DNA of 64,000 nt from an uncultured Phocaeicola sp. (lineage in GTDB: Bacteria > Bacteroidota > Bacteroidia > Bacteroidales > Bacteroidaceae). The translations under genes were made by a program, and so were the position numbers. Positions 28,091 to 41,347 of the stretch are shown piece after piece. Location: positions 532 to 64,531 of the forward strand of contig CALUJA010000015.1 of assembly GCA_944320845.1 (NCBI GenBank), in the 5' to 3' direction. The first letter of the stretch is position 1. Every line of letters begins with the position of its first letter. The notes under the pieces were generated by a model. The model had not been told where the DNA came from and made no database searches. It saw only the letters and a program-made list of their open reading frames with translations.

Positions 28091-28789
28091 TCATTCGGAT
28101 AACATTTTTTTCAATTCGGCCACTCCTTCCGACGCCCCCTTGCGAATGACGGTCACCTTGCGGGCCGAAGCGACAGACACCTCGTTCGGATCAATCAGAT
28201 ACACGGGCACTCCCTCCGGCACATAATAAAGCAAGCCTGCCGCCGGATATACATTCAGCGATGTCCCGATAATGACAAACACATCCGCCTTCCTGACAAA
28301 ACCGATGGCTGTCTCTATCATCGGCACCGGTTCGCCGAACCAGACGATGAACGGCCTCAGCTGGGAACCGTCGGCGGCCTTATCCCCCATCTTCACTTCA
28401 TACTCATCCGGCCGGAGTTCCCTTATATACCGGGGGTCGTTCGGATGCCGGCTCGATGTCACTTTGGTCAGTTCGCCATGCAGGTGGATTACGTGACTGC
28501 TTCCGGCCCGCTCATGCAGATTGTCGACATTCTGGGTGATAACCGTCACATTGAAGCTTCCTTCCATCCCGGCAAGCAGTTCATGCCCCCGGTTAGGCCT
28601 TACATCAAGCAGCTGCTTGCGGCGTTCATTATAGAAATTGATTACCAGTTCCGGATTGGCGGCATAGCCTTCCGGCGTCGCCACCTGCTCCACCGGATAG
28701 CGTTCCCACAGTCCGCCCGCATCGCGGAACGTACTGATTCCGCTTTCCGCACTCATGCCCGCGCCTGTCAAAACTACCAGATTTTTCAT
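28091..28789 (-). CDS. cobB: NAD-dependent deacylase (class III sirtuin)
   Basis: GAGMSAESGISTFR, TQNVDNLHERAG, HLHGE, GTSLNVYPA. Confidence 0.95.
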   Translation of the reverse strand: MKNLVVLTGAGMSAESGISTFRDAGGLWERYPVEQVATPEGYAANPELVINFYNERRKQLLDVRPNRGHELLAGMEGSFNVTVITQNVDNLHERAGSSHVIHLHGELTKVTSSRHPNDPRYIRELRPDEYEVKMGDKAADGSQLRPFIVWFGEPVPMIETAIGFVRKADVFVIIGTSLNVYPAAGLLYYVPEGVPVYLIDPNEVSVASARKVTVIRKGASEGVAELKKMLSE

Positions 28790-28919
28790 AACATCCTTGT
28801 TTTATATTTTATGACCAATACAAAAATAAGAATTTTTATAAGTCAAGCTACCTCATTTTCACAGAAAAAAGATACCTTTGCCCCTCAGTTGAACATTATT
28901 TTACTAACAAATCACATTT

Positions 28920-29504
28920 ATGGACAAATTCAGTTACGCCATCGGCTTAGGCATCGGACAGAACCTGTGGAGCATGGGCGCGCGAAACATTGATGTAAAC
29001 GACTTTGCGCAAGCCATCAAGGATGTATTGGAAGGAAGACAGACCGCCATCACCCATACCGAAGCCCGCGAGATAGTCAACAAATACTTTACCGAACTGG
29101 AAGAAAAAATCAATTCGGAAAACATAGCGAAGGGAAAGGCCTTTCTGGAAGAAAACAAGAAGAATCCAAAAATCGTAACGCTCCCGAGCGGCCTGCAATA
29201 TGAAGTGATAAAGGAAGGAAACGGCAAGAAACCCAAAGAGACTGACCGTGTGCGCTGCCATTATGAAGGCACACTCATCGACGGAACCCTGTTCGACAGC
29301 TCCATAAAGCGCGGCGAACCGGCCGTATTCGGGGTCAATCAGGTAATTAAAGGATGGGTAGAAGCTCTTCAGCTCATGTCGGAAGGAGCGAAATGGAAGC
29401 TCTACATCCCGTCGGAACTGGCTTACGGGGCACAGGGAGCAGGCGAAATGATTCCGCCACACAGCACGCTGATTTTTGAGGTAGAGCTAATCGAGGTGCT
29501 GTAA
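28920..29504 (+). CDS. FKBP-type peptidyl-prolyl isomerase (FKBP_N + FKBP_C)
   Basis: SGLQYEV, HYEGTLIDGTLFDSS, VIKGW. Confidence 0.96.
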   Translation: MDKFSYAIGLGIGQNLWSMGARNIDVNDFAQAIKDVLEGRQTAITHTEAREIVNKYFTELEEKINSENIAKGKAFLEENKKNPKIVTLPSGLQYEVIKEGNGKKPKETDRVRCHYEGTLIDGTLFDSSIKRGEPAVFGVNQVIKGWVEALQLMSEGAKWKLYIPSELAYGAQGAGEMIPPHSTLIFEVELIEVL

Positions 29505-29546
29505 GGACATACGGGAAACAACTAAAAACCTAAAAATAAAAAGCAG

Positions 29547-30392
29547 ATGAAAAAAAGTAATTTACTGATGGTGCTTGCAGTCGCTGCAGGCATGGCATCA
29601 TGCTCTCAGGCTCCGCAAGCCAACATCAAGAACGAAGTAGACTCTCTTTCATACATGATGGGAGTGGCAACCACGCAGGGGCTGATGGATTTTGTGTTGC
29701 AGCAAGGCATCGACTCGGCCAATGTAGCCAACTTTATCAGAGGACTGGAGCAGGGATGCAAAGAGACCGACGCTGAACAGAAAGCTTACTTTATGGGCAT
29801 GCAGATAGGACAGCAGGTGAGCGGACAAATGTATGAATACAACAACCGCCGCATCTTCGGCACGGATACTACCAACACTCTGAGCAAAGAAAACTATCTG
29901 GCAGGCTTTATAGCAGGTGTAAAAAGACGGGCCACCGTATCAATCGACTCGGCAAATGCCTATGTACGCAAGCATCAGGCCGTAATCAAAGAAAAGGCGT
30001 TAGAGGCCCAATATGCCGACTACAAGAAGGAAAACGAAGACTTCCTGGCTCAAAACAAGGGCAAGGAGGGCATACAGACCACTGCCAGCGGCCTGCAATA
30101 CAAGATTATCACCAAAGGAACGGGCGCTGTCCCGGCTGATACTTCAAAAGTGGAAGTAACCTACAAGGGTACACTGATTGACGGAACGGAGTTTGACAAG
30201 TCAGAAAAGCCGATTTCATTCAAGGTCAGCCAAGTTATCAAAGGATGGACCGAAGCGTTGACCATGATGCCGGTGGGTTCTAAATGGGAGCTTTACATCC
30301 CGCAGGAACTGGCTTACGGCTCGCAGCAGCAAGGCAAAATCAAGCCGTTCTCTACACTAATCTTCGAAGTAGAGCTGCTCGGCGTCAAATAA
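29547..30392 (+). CDS. FKBP-type peptidyl-prolyl isomerase lipoprotein
   Basis: Lipobox MASC; SGLQYK, YKGTLIDGTEFD, VIKGW. Confidence 0.94.
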   Translation: MKKSNLLMVLAVAAGMASCSQAPQANIKNEVDSLSYMMGVATTQGLMDFVLQQGIDSANVANFIRGLEQGCKETDAEQKAYFMGMQIGQQVSGQMYEYNNRRIFGTDTTNTLSKENYLAGFIAGVKRRATVSIDSANAYVRKHQAVIKEKALEAQYADYKKENEDFLAQNKGKEGIQTTASGLQYKIITKGTGAVPADTSKVEVTYKGTLIDGTEFDKSEKPISFKVSQVIKGWTEALTMMPVGSKWELYIPQELAYGSQQQGKIKPFSTLIFEVELLGVK

Positions 30393-30420
30393 CGGCCGCC
30401 CAACGGCAAAGCATAAGACA

Positions 30421-30470
30421 AGAAAGTCATCCCGCCCCTGTCGTCCGACAGGAAAGCAGGATGACTTTCT
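30421..30470. terminator. Hairpin between convergent FKBP and argF'
   Basis: AGAAAGTCATCC..GGATGACTTTCT with nested CCTGTCG/CGACAGG. Confidence 0.75.
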
Positions 30471-30535
30471 GTTTTCATACAGGCCAGACGCCGGTTTCAT
30501 CCGGACGAAACCGGCGTCTCATGCCGTCACAAACT
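30471..30535. repeat. Intergenic array copy with 22-bp period
   Basis: TTTC/TCTC ends at 30476, 30498, 30520; AGACGCCGGTTTC..GAAACCGGCGTCT hairpin. Confidence 0.7.
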
Positions 30536-31489
30536 TTGCAGCATACGCTTCAAGACCACCGTAGCCGAAATCTCCCGGTTGGCGGCCTCGGGTATAACGA
30601 GCGAAGTGGGGGCTTCAATCACATCGTCCGTCACAATCATATTGCGACGAACAGGCAGGCAATGCATAAAGAAGGCATTGTCCGTCACGGCCATGTGCGC
30701 GGCATCCACCGTCCAGGCCATATCCTTGCTCAGCACTTTGCCGTAGTCTTCCGGATTTGTCACGCCGGGACACGCCCAGTTCTTGGCGTAGATAAAGTCG
30801 GCTCCCTCGAAGGCCTTCATCTGATTGTATTCGACTTTCGCCCCGCGCACGAACTTCGGGTCGAGTTCATACCCGTGCGGATGCGTGATGACAAAGTCAA
30901 CATCCGCTTCGTTCATGAAGTCGGCGAAAGAATTAGGCACGGCCTGAGGCAGCGCACGCGGATGCGGCGCCCATGTCAACACGACTTTCGGGCGTTCCTT
31001 CCGTTTATATTCCTCGATGGTTATCAAATCGGCAAAAGCCTGCAACGGATGTCCCGTAGCCGCCTCCATCGAAAAGACCGGCTTGCCGGAATACCGGATG
31101 AACTGGTTCAGTATCTTCTCGGTGTAGTCATCCTCCCGGCTCTCGAAACGGGCGAAGGAACGCACGCCGATGACATCGCAATACGAAGCCATCACGGGAA
31201 TCGCCTCCAGCAGATGCTCGCTCTTGTCTCCGTCCATCACGACCCCGCGCTCCGTTTCCAGCTTCCATGCGCCCTGATTCACATCGAGAACAATCACATC
31301 CATCCCCAGATTACGGGCGGCTTTCTGCGTGCTCAGCCGCGTACGCAGGCTGTTGTTGAAAAAAATCAGCAGGCAAGTCTTGTGGTGTCCTAATGCCTCA
31401 TACTTATAACGGTCTTTCTTAATTTCAAACGCCTCGGCCAAAGCAGCCTTCAGGTCGCCCAAATCGAATACATTGGTATAGGTTCTCAT
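30527..31489 (-). CDS. argF': N-succinyl(acetyl)ornithine carbamoyltransferase, ArgF'
   Basis: SLRT, HPLQ, HCLP motifs; TWAPHPRALPQAV; Ser at residue 90. Confidence 0.92.
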   Translation of the reverse strand: MRTYTNVFDLGDLKAALAEAFEIKKDRYKYEALGHHKTCLLIFFNNSLRTRLSTQKAARNLGMDVIVLDVNQGAWKLETERGVVMDGDKSEHLLEAIPVMASYCDVIGVRSFARFESREDDYTEKILNQFIRYSGKPVFSMEAATGHPLQAFADLITIEEYKRKERPKVVLTWAPHPRALPQAVPNSFADFMNEADVDFVITHPHGYELDPKFVRGAKVEYNQMKAFEGADFIYAKNWACPGVTNPEDYGKVLSKDMAWTVDAAHMAVTDNAFFMHCLPVRRNMIVTDDVIEAPTSLVIPEAANREISATVVLKRMLQSL

Positions 31490-31555
31490 AAATTATCTGT
31501 TTTAATTTAGGTTTGACAATCATATAAAACAAGAATGCGCTCCTGCCAGCCCGCC

Positions 31556-32803
31556 TTATACACGAATCTGCCCGTGTCCGTCAACAAGCCATTTGTAGGT
31601 CGTCATTTCGCGCAATCCCATCGGGCCGCGTGCATGCAGCTTTTGTGTACTGATGCCGATTTCCGCTCCCAGTCCAAACTGGGCGCCGTCGGTAAACGAA
31701 GTCGGCGCATTGACATATACACAGGCTGCGTCCACCGCACGCTGAAAATAGGCGGCCGCCTCCTTGTCTTCGGTTATAATGGCCTCACTGTGTCTTGAGC
31801 TATATATATAAATGTGCGACAAGGCCTCATCCAGACTGTTTACCGTCTTTATCGCCATTTTATAATCCAGAAACTCCGTCCCGTAACTGTTCTCATCCGC
31901 CCGTTCGAGCAAGGCAGACGGATATTTCCCCTCCAATGCCCGGAAGGCCGCCTCGTCCGCATAGATTTTGACCCGGCCTCTCTGCAACGGTTCACAAAGA
32001 GCCGGCAGGTCTTTCAGCCGTGAAGCATGAACCAGCAAGCAGTCAAGCGCATTGCATACACTGACACGCCGTGTCTTGGCATTGTTAACAATCGCGGCCC
32101 CCATACCGACATCGCCCGATTTGTCGAAATAAGTATGGCAGATTCCCGCCCCCGTTTCGATGACCGGAACAGCAGATTCCCGGCGTACGTAGTCAATCAG
32201 CTTTCCGCTTCCCCTCGGGATAATCACATCCACATAACCTTCGGCATGCAGCAGCTCCGCGGTCGCCTCGCGGCTTGCAGGGAGCAGCTCCACCACATGG
32301 CCGTCCATTCCGAAGCGCCCGAGTACGCGGTGAATCATTTCCACTATCGCCCGGTTGGAACAGTCAGCGTCACTTCCTCCCTTCAGGATGCAGGCATTCC
32401 CGCTTTTCAGGCAAAGCGAAAAGACATCGAAGCTTACATTCGGACGCGCTTCATAGATGATGCCGACCACTCCAAAGGGGACACTGACTTTTCGGATGCG
32501 CAGTCCGTTGGGCCGCATACGCTCTTCCAAGGTGATGTTCAGCGGCGAAGGCAGGGCCGCCACGTTACGCATGTCTGCCGCAATGCCGGCCAACCGTTCC
32601 GGAGTCAGCATCAAGCGGTCATATTTCGGGTCATCCGGCTCCATCCGCCGCAAATCCTCTGCGTTGGCAGCCAATATATCGCCCGCGGCCACCGCGGTTT
32701 CGTCGGCCACTGCCCGCAAAACCTCATTGATGAGCCCTTCATCCGACAACGCCAGCCGACGGGAGGCGAGCCGGACCTTTTGGAAAGTTTCTGTAAGATT
32801 CAT
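31556..32803 (-). CDS. proA: Glutamate-5-semialdehyde dehydrogenase
   Basis: [37 protein letters not shown]; -7 box at 32886-32893. Confidence 0.97.
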   Translation of the reverse strand: MNLTETFQKVRLASRRLALSDEGLINEVLRAVADETAVAAGDILAANAEDLRRMEPDDPKYDRLMLTPERLAGIAADMRNVAALPSPLNITLEERMRPNGLRIRKVSVPFGVVGIIYEARPNVSFDVFSLCLKSGNACILKGGSDADCSNRAIVEMIHRVLGRFGMDGHVVELLPASREATAELLHAEGYVDVIIPRGSGKLIDYVRRESAVPVIETGAGICHTYFDKSGDVGMGAAIVNNAKTRRVSVCNALDCLLVHASRLKDLPALCEPLQRGRVKIYADEAAFRALEGKYPSALLERADENSYGTEFLDYKMAIKTVNSLDEALSHIYIYSSRHSEAIITEDKEAAAYFQRAVDAACVYVNAPTSFTDGAQFGLGAEIGISTQKLHARGPMGLREMTTYKWLVDGHGQIRV

Positions 32804-33061
32804 CTTTTTACTCGTTTGCTCATGACCTCTGCCCGGTTTGAAAGCAAGATGCTTCCTCCCGGTTCCGATTCATGACATTATGATGCAAATATAACTTTTC
32901 TCTTTGAAATGCAGTCCGTTTTTTTCAAAAAAGGGAAAATTCCGTTTTGCAGGCATCCGGCCGCGCCCGCATCAGCATCAGACCGGCATTTATTTCTCAC
33001 CAAAAAATTTCCGATTCCAGTTTTTATTTTTATCTTTGTAAGAAACTAAAACTTTTCAGTC

Positions 33062-33292
33062 ATGAAAGAAGCTGCTTATGATTCATTGGTAGAAGTTTTC
33101 CGAGGGAATCTCTGGGAAGCGGAAGTAGTCAAAGGACTGTTACAGTCTGCCGGCGTGGAAGCGATGATTAAAGACCAGTCCATCGGTGCCGTATCGTCTC
33201 CCTATCTTGACAGCGGAGGAAACGTTCTGGTCATGGTCAACAAGGAAGAAGAAGTATACGCAAAAAAGGTAGTGGCAGAGAAACATCCATGA
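33062..33292 (+). CDS. DUF2007/putative signal-transducing small protein
   Basis: WEAEVVKGLLQSAGVEA pattern; -7 box at 33031-33038. Confidence 0.75.
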   Translation: MKEAAYDSLVEVFRGNLWEAEVVKGLLQSAGVEAMIKDQSIGAVSSPYLDSGGNVLVMVNKEEEVYAKKVVAEKHP

Positions 33293-33774
33293 AACATACG
33301 GCCTTTTCACTGTCTGCCCTTTTGCTGTCCGCCTTTCTGATGTTCTCCGCTCCTGCCCGAGGGCAGGAACTGCAAACTACCGAATGGAAAGCCTACGGAA
33401 TCTCCTTTCTTGCTCCGGCAGATATCGCAACCGAAGACGATTCGGAAGAGGGATACATCGTATATAACGCAGACTATTACATTACCGTGCAGTTGCTGGC
33501 GGGAGAGGGCTTCAGCATTTCTGAAATTCCCCAAGAGCTAAAAAACATTGCAACGGACGATGAAGTGGCCGCACAGACCGAAGTGGAGACTTTTGAACTG
33601 CCGCAGTTCCACGGCGCCAAGTTGGAAGGGAACTGCGATGAAGACCGTTGTGTCTACAGCTACCTGATAGCCAAAGACGGGAGCTGTGGATTTTACGTGT
33701 CTGTAATATACAAAAGCCAGGAAGAACCTGTCGCCGAAAAGATTTTAAGCAGCTTCAGGATGGAAGACAACTGA
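33289..33774 (+). CDS. Exported hypothetical protein
   Basis: Signal peptide, acidic mature domain, ATGA overlap with upstream gene. Confidence 0.75.
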   Translation: MKHTAFSLSALLLSAFLMFSAPARGQELQTTEWKAYGISFLAPADIATEDDSEEGYIVYNADYYITVQLLAGEGFSISEIPQELKNIATDDEVAAQTEVETFELPQFHGAKLEGNCDEDRCVYSYLIAKDGSCGFYVSVIYKSQEEPVAEKILSSFRMEDN

Positions 33775-33819
33775 GCTTCCGCCGTTTATCCTATACCGAC
33801 ACGCTAAACCATCACCCCA

Positions 33820-34788
33820 ATGAAAAGACAAAAACAGTCACACCTGCAGATTATATCCCTGATTGTACTTCTTTCACCTTTCCTGTCCAGCTTTTCCTAC
33901 TGTCATTCCGACACGGACAAAGAAGAAACCCCGGAGGAGACCTACAGCTGCGTAGCCGTTCCCAAGAGCATCAGCTTCTGCGGCACGGAGATAGACCTCA
34001 CACGCTTCGACCGCCACGAGCGTATGGACCGTGAACTGATGGCTTTTGCCTACATGCACAGCACTTCCCTGCAAATCATCAAGCGGGCCAACCGCTACTT
34101 CCCCGTCGTTGAGTCAATCCTTCACGAAAACGGGATACCGGACGACTTCAAGTATCTGATGGCAATCGAAAGCAATGTAAACCCAACGGCACGGTCTTAC
34201 GCCGGAGCAGCGGGGCTTTGGCAGTTCATGCCGCGCACAGCCAAGGAGTTCGGCCTGGAAGTGAATGACTTTGTGGACGAACGGTACCATGTAGAGAAGG
34301 CCACGCGGGCGGCGTGCAAGTATCTGAAGCAGGCATACGCCCGTTTCGGCAACTGGGAAACCGTGGCCGCCTCCTACAACGCCGGACAGGGACGCATATC
34401 CCGGGAGCAGGAAAGGCAGTATACCGACAATGCGCTCGACCTGTATCTGGTGGAAGAAACATCCCGATACGTATACCGCATACTCGCGGCCAAGATTATG
34501 CTGGGCAATCCGCAGCTTTTCGGCTTCCGCCTGAAGCGGAGCGACCTTTATCCGCCCATTCCCTACCGCACGATAAAAGTCACGTCAAGCATCAGCGACC
34601 TGCCCCGCTTCGCCAAAAGCCAGGGAATCACCTACGCCCTGCTGAGAAACATGAATCCCTGGCTCCGCGGACGCTCGCTTCCCAACCACAGCCACAAGGA
34701 ATACATCATCCGGATACCGGATGAAAAAGGGATGCACTACAACCCGCTGATGACTTTTCCGCATGACAAAAAGTGGGTGGCCGAATGA
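33820..34788 (+). CDS. Lytic transglycosylase (SLT domain, MltD-like, C-terminal LysM-like)
   Basis: MAIES, AAGLWQFM, ASYNAG, EETSRYV. Confidence 0.93.
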   Translation: MKRQKQSHLQIISLIVLLSPFLSSFSYCHSDTDKEETPEETYSCVAVPKSISFCGTEIDLTRFDRHERMDRELMAFAYMHSTSLQIIKRANRYFPVVESILHENGIPDDFKYLMAIESNVNPTARSYAGAAGLWQFMPRTAKEFGLEVNDFVDERYHVEKATRAACKYLKQAYARFGNWETVAASYNAGQGRISREQERQYTDNALDLYLVEETSRYVYRILAAKIMLGNPQLFGFRLKRSDLYPPIPYRTIKVTSSISDLPRFAKSQGITYALLRNMNPWLRGRSLPNHSHKEYIIRIPDEKGMHYNPLMTFPHDKKWVAE

Positions 34789-38085
<3,297 letters not shown>

Positions 38086-38104
38086 AGACAAGCCCGAGGG
38101 CACA

Positions 38105-38185
38105 TCTGTCTCAAACAGTTTTTCACCGCGCCGATAAAACGGTTTCACCTTTCAGAAATCCTTTTTCAAGCGGACGAAACGCCGG
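38105..38185. repeat. Intergenic array copy with 21-22 bp period
   Basis: TTTC ends at 38124, 38146, 38167. Confidence 0.65.
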
Positions 38186-38260
38186 GCAAGACAGCAGAAG
38201 GACTCAAAACGACGGTACAGACCGACGGAAAGAGAACGGCACCCTCCATAAACGAATGCG

Positions 38261-38327
38261 GAAGACTGCATCAAGACAAGAAGACAGACACCCTTTCCGT
38301 CTCTTCTTCTGTCTCGATGCAGTTTTC
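38261..38327. terminator. Long imperfect hairpin downstream of the beta-galactosidase
   Basis: GAAGACTGCATC..GATGCAGTTTTC closing stem with inner AAGAAGA/CTTCTT pairing. Confidence 0.6.
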
Positions 38328-38470
38328 TTATGAAAAGACAGACAGACCTCCAGTCTTTAAAGCCCTCAGACCCGCTTCTGACCCAAGTTTAGATTATTTA
38401 TAAGGAAATAAAAGAAGATTTTTTGGATAAAATAAATAATTCTTCGTATCTTTGTCGCCCGGTTTATAGC

Positions 38471-39037
38471 ATGGTGAAAGTGGGAGAACTCAATACATAT
38501 AAGGTAGAACTGAAAAACATGCGTGAGGATTCATGCCTGTATGAATACACGCTGGACAGTCAATTCTTTGCAGACATAGAAGCTCCGGATGTGCGGAAAG
38601 GCAATCTGACCGTAACTCTCTCCGTGAGAAAAACCGGAGGAGCCTATGCCTTGAGTTTTCATACAGAAGGAACCGTGACCGTTCCCTGCGACCGCTGCCT
38701 GGACGACCTGGAACTTCCGGTGGAAACCGACGACAGACTGATAGTAAAGTTAGGCACAGACTTTGCAGAAGAGGAGGATATCATAACCGTGCCGGAAGAA
38801 GACGGATACATCAATGTGGGATGGTACATTTATGAGTTCATCATGCTCAGCCTCCCGATAAAGCATGTACACGCTCCGGGAGAATGCAACGCAGCGATGA
38901 CCGAGATACTGAGCCGGCACTTGGCTACCGAAACGGCGGAAGAGACCGACCCTTCTGACGAAGAGGAAGACACAACGGGGAATGGGGACATAGATCCGCG
39001 ATGGAATGATTTAAGGAAAATATTAGATAATAATTAA
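38471..39037 (+). CDS. yceD: YceD/DUF177 family protein (start may be GTG 38480)
   Basis: CDRCLD, LSLPIKHVH, DPRW motifs; upstream of rpmF; -7 box at 38447-38454 lies inside the ORF-track extension. Confidence 0.92.
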   Translation: MVKVGELNTYKVELKNMREDSCLYEYTLDSQFFADIEAPDVRKGNLTVTLSVRKTGGAYALSFHTEGTVTVPCDRCLDDLELPVETDDRLIVKLGTDFAEEEDIITVPEEDGYINVGWYIYEFIMLSLPIKHVHAPGECNAAMTEILSRHLATETAEETDPSDEEEDTTGNGDIDPRWNDLRKILDNN

Positions 39038-39052
39038 ATAAAGTTTAGAAAA

Positions 39053-39238
39053 ATGGCACATCCTAAAAGAAGACAGTCAAAAACGAGAACTGCCAAAAGA
39101 AGAACTCATGACAAGGCAGTTGCTCCAACTTTAGCCATCTGCCCCAACTGCGGCGCTTGGCACGTTTATCACACAGTTTGTGGAGCTTGCGGTTACTATA
39201 GAGGCAAGGTTGCAATCGTAAAAGAAGCAGCCCTCTAA
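39053..39238 (+). CDS. rpmF: 50S ribosomal protein L32
   Basis: MAHPKRRQSKTR, CPNC..CGAC zinc motif. Confidence 0.98.
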   Translation: MAHPKRRQSKTRTAKRRTHDKAVAPTLAICPNCGAWHVYHTVCGACGYYRGKVAIVKEAAL

Positions 39239-39283
39239 CAAGAACGCTTTACCGCGACACATTTTGTGTCGGTGAAAGAAACA

Positions 39284-39322
39284 AAGCCGGAGAGCCATTC
39301 GGCTCTGTCGGCTTCTTTTTTT
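39284..39322 (+). terminator. Intrinsic terminator/attenuator between rpmF and fabH
   Basis: AAGCCG.AGAGCC..GGCTCT..CGGCTT followed by a T tract. Confidence 0.75.
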
Positions 39323-39341
39323 GGAAATTATCAAACTAGGA

Positions 39342-40346
39342 ATGATGGAAAAGATCAATGCAGTAATTACAGGAGTCGGTGGATATGTACCCGACTATGT
39401 CTTGACAAACGACGAGTTGTCAAGGATGGTTGACACCAACGATGAGTGGATTATGACCCGTATCGGCGTCAAAGAAAGACGCATCCTTAATGAAGAAGGT
39501 CTGGGAACCTCGTACATGGCGCGCAAAGCAGCCAAGCAACTGATGCAAAAGACTAACTCAGACCCCGATTCCATCGATTGCGTCATTGTCGCAACAACTA
39601 CTCCGGACTATCATTTCCCTTCCACCGCTTCTATTCTATGCGACAAACTGGGACTTAAGAACGCATACGCATTCGATATGCAAGCTGCATGCAGCGGTTT
39701 CCTTTATGCAATGGAGACGGCCGCCTGCATGATCCAGTCAGGCAGACACAAGAAAGTAATCATTGTAGGTGCAGACAAGATGTCTTCGATGGTCAACTAT
39801 TCCGACCGTGCGACTTGTCCAATCTTCGGTGACGGCGCTGCCGCCTGCATGGTTGAAGCGACAACGGAAGACTACGGTATAATGGATTCCATTTTGCGTA
39901 CTGACGGAAAAGGGCTTCCATTCCTTCATATGGCAGCGGGAGGCTCTGTCTGTCCTCCTTCCTACTTTACTATCGCAAACAAGATGCACTATCTGCATCA
40001 GGAAGGAAGGACAGTATTCAAGTATGCCGTTTCCAACATGTCGGACGTTACTGCCGCAATCGCAGCGAAGAACAATCTGAACAAAGATAATATCGACTGG
40101 ATTGTTCCCCATCAAGCCAATCTGCGCATCATTGATGCCGTAGCTTCACGCCTTGAGGTGCCTTTGGACAAAGTTATGGTCAATATCCAACGTTATGGCA
40201 ATACCAGTGCGGGAACTCTTCCCCTTTGTCTGTGGGACTACGAAAAGCAGCTGAAGAAAGGAGACAATATTATCTTCACCGCATTTGGTGCCGGATTCAC
40301 CTGGGGAGCCACTTATGTAAAGTGGGGTTACGACGGAAGCAAATGA
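39342..40346 (+). CDS. fabH: 3-oxoacyl-ACP synthase III
   Basis: AACSGF, HQAN, YGNTS catalytic triad. Confidence 0.97.
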   Translation: MMEKINAVITGVGGYVPDYVLTNDELSRMVDTNDEWIMTRIGVKERRILNEEGLGTSYMARKAAKQLMQKTNSDPDSIDCVIVATTTPDYHFPSTASILCDKLGLKNAYAFDMQAACSGFLYAMETAACMIQSGRHKKVIIVGADKMSSMVNYSDRATCPIFGDGAAACMVEATTEDYGIMDSILRTDGKGLPFLHMAAGGSVCPPSYFTIANKMHYLHQEGRTVFKYAVSNMSDVTAAIAAKNNLNKDNIDWIVPHQANLRIIDAVASRLEVPLDKVMVNIQRYGNTSAGTLPLCLWDYEKQLKKGDNIIFTAFGAGFTWGATYVKWGYDGSK

Positions 40347-40378
40347 CCAAGAACAGAATAAAATCAAACTTGCATACG

Positions 40379-40409
40379 AAAAACGCATCCCAACCCGATG
40401 CGTTTTTTT
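40379..40409. terminator. Terminator between fabH and era
   Basis: AAAAACGCATC..GATGCGTTTTTTT. Confidence 0.8.
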
Positions 40410-40433
40410 GTCTGCACCAAAGAAATAAAAATT

Positions 40434-41315
40434 ATGCACAAAGCCGGATTTGTTAATATCGTAGGAAATCCGAATGTAGGAAAGTCCACTTTGATGAATT
40501 TGCTCGTGGGAGAACGCATTTCCATCGCCACATTCAAAGCACAGACTACCCGCCACCGCATCATGGGAATACTCAATACGGAAGACATGCAAATAGTCTT
40601 TTCGGATACTCCCGGCGTCCTGAAGCCCAACTACAAGCTGCAAGAGTCGATGCTGAACTTTTCAGAATCCGCGTTGGCCGATGCAGACATTCTGCTTTAT
40701 GTGACCGACACGGTGGAAAAGCCGGACAAAAACTCCGACTTCATCAGCAAGGTAGAAAAATTGGATATACCCGTTCTGCTGCTTATCAATAAAATCGACC
40801 TGAGTAATCAAGAGGCACTGACAAAATTAGTAGAGGACTGGCACCAGATTTTGCCGCAATCAGAAATCATTCCGATATCGGCAAAAGCAAAATTTAATAT
40901 TGATGCCGTGATGAAACGGATTAAGGATTTGCTTCCCGACTCACCTCCCTATTTCGGGAAAGACCAGTGGACAGACAAGCCGGCACGCTTCTTTGTGACG
41001 GAAATCATCCGCGAAAAAATCCTGCTGTATTATGACAAGGAGATTCCCTACTCCGTGGAAGTGGTGGTGGAGCAGTTCAAGGAGACCCCGAAGAATATTC
41101 ACATCAACGCTGTCATCTACGTGGAACGCGAATCGCAAAAGGGGATTATCATCGGTCATCAAGGGAAAGCGCTGAAGAAAGTAGCGACCGAAGCCCGCAG
41201 AACATTAGAGCATTTCTTCCAGAAGTCCATATATCTGGAAACTTTTGTAAAGGTTGATAAAGACTGGAGGAACTCAGATAAAGAACTTAAGAACTTTGGC
41301 TATCAATTGGATTAA
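40434..41315 (+). CDS. era: GTPase Era
   Basis: [22 protein letters not shown] domain. Confidence 0.98.
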   Translation: MHKAGFVNIVGNPNVGKSTLMNLLVGERISIATFKAQTTRHRIMGILNTEDMQIVFSDTPGVLKPNYKLQESMLNFSESALADADILLYVTDTVEKPDKNSDFISKVEKLDIPVLLLINKIDLSNQEALTKLVEDWHQILPQSEIIPISAKAKFNIDAVMKRIKDLLPDSPPYFGKDQWTDKPARFFVTEIIREKILLYYDKEIPYSVEVVVEQFKETPKNIHINAVIYVERESQKGIIIGHQGKALKKVATEARRTLEHFFQKSIYLETFVKVDKDWRNSDKELKNFGYQLD

Positions 41316-41347
41316 TCCGGCTGCGAAGCCGCAAAACAATAACAAAT

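Noticed and set aside
30284-31393. 369-aa plus-strand ORF
   Set aside because: Antisense shadow of argF' with no recognisable domain
32880-32925. ARG box upstream of proA-argF'
   Set aside because: Only a TGCAT half-site that coincides with the -7 promoter box; no dyad
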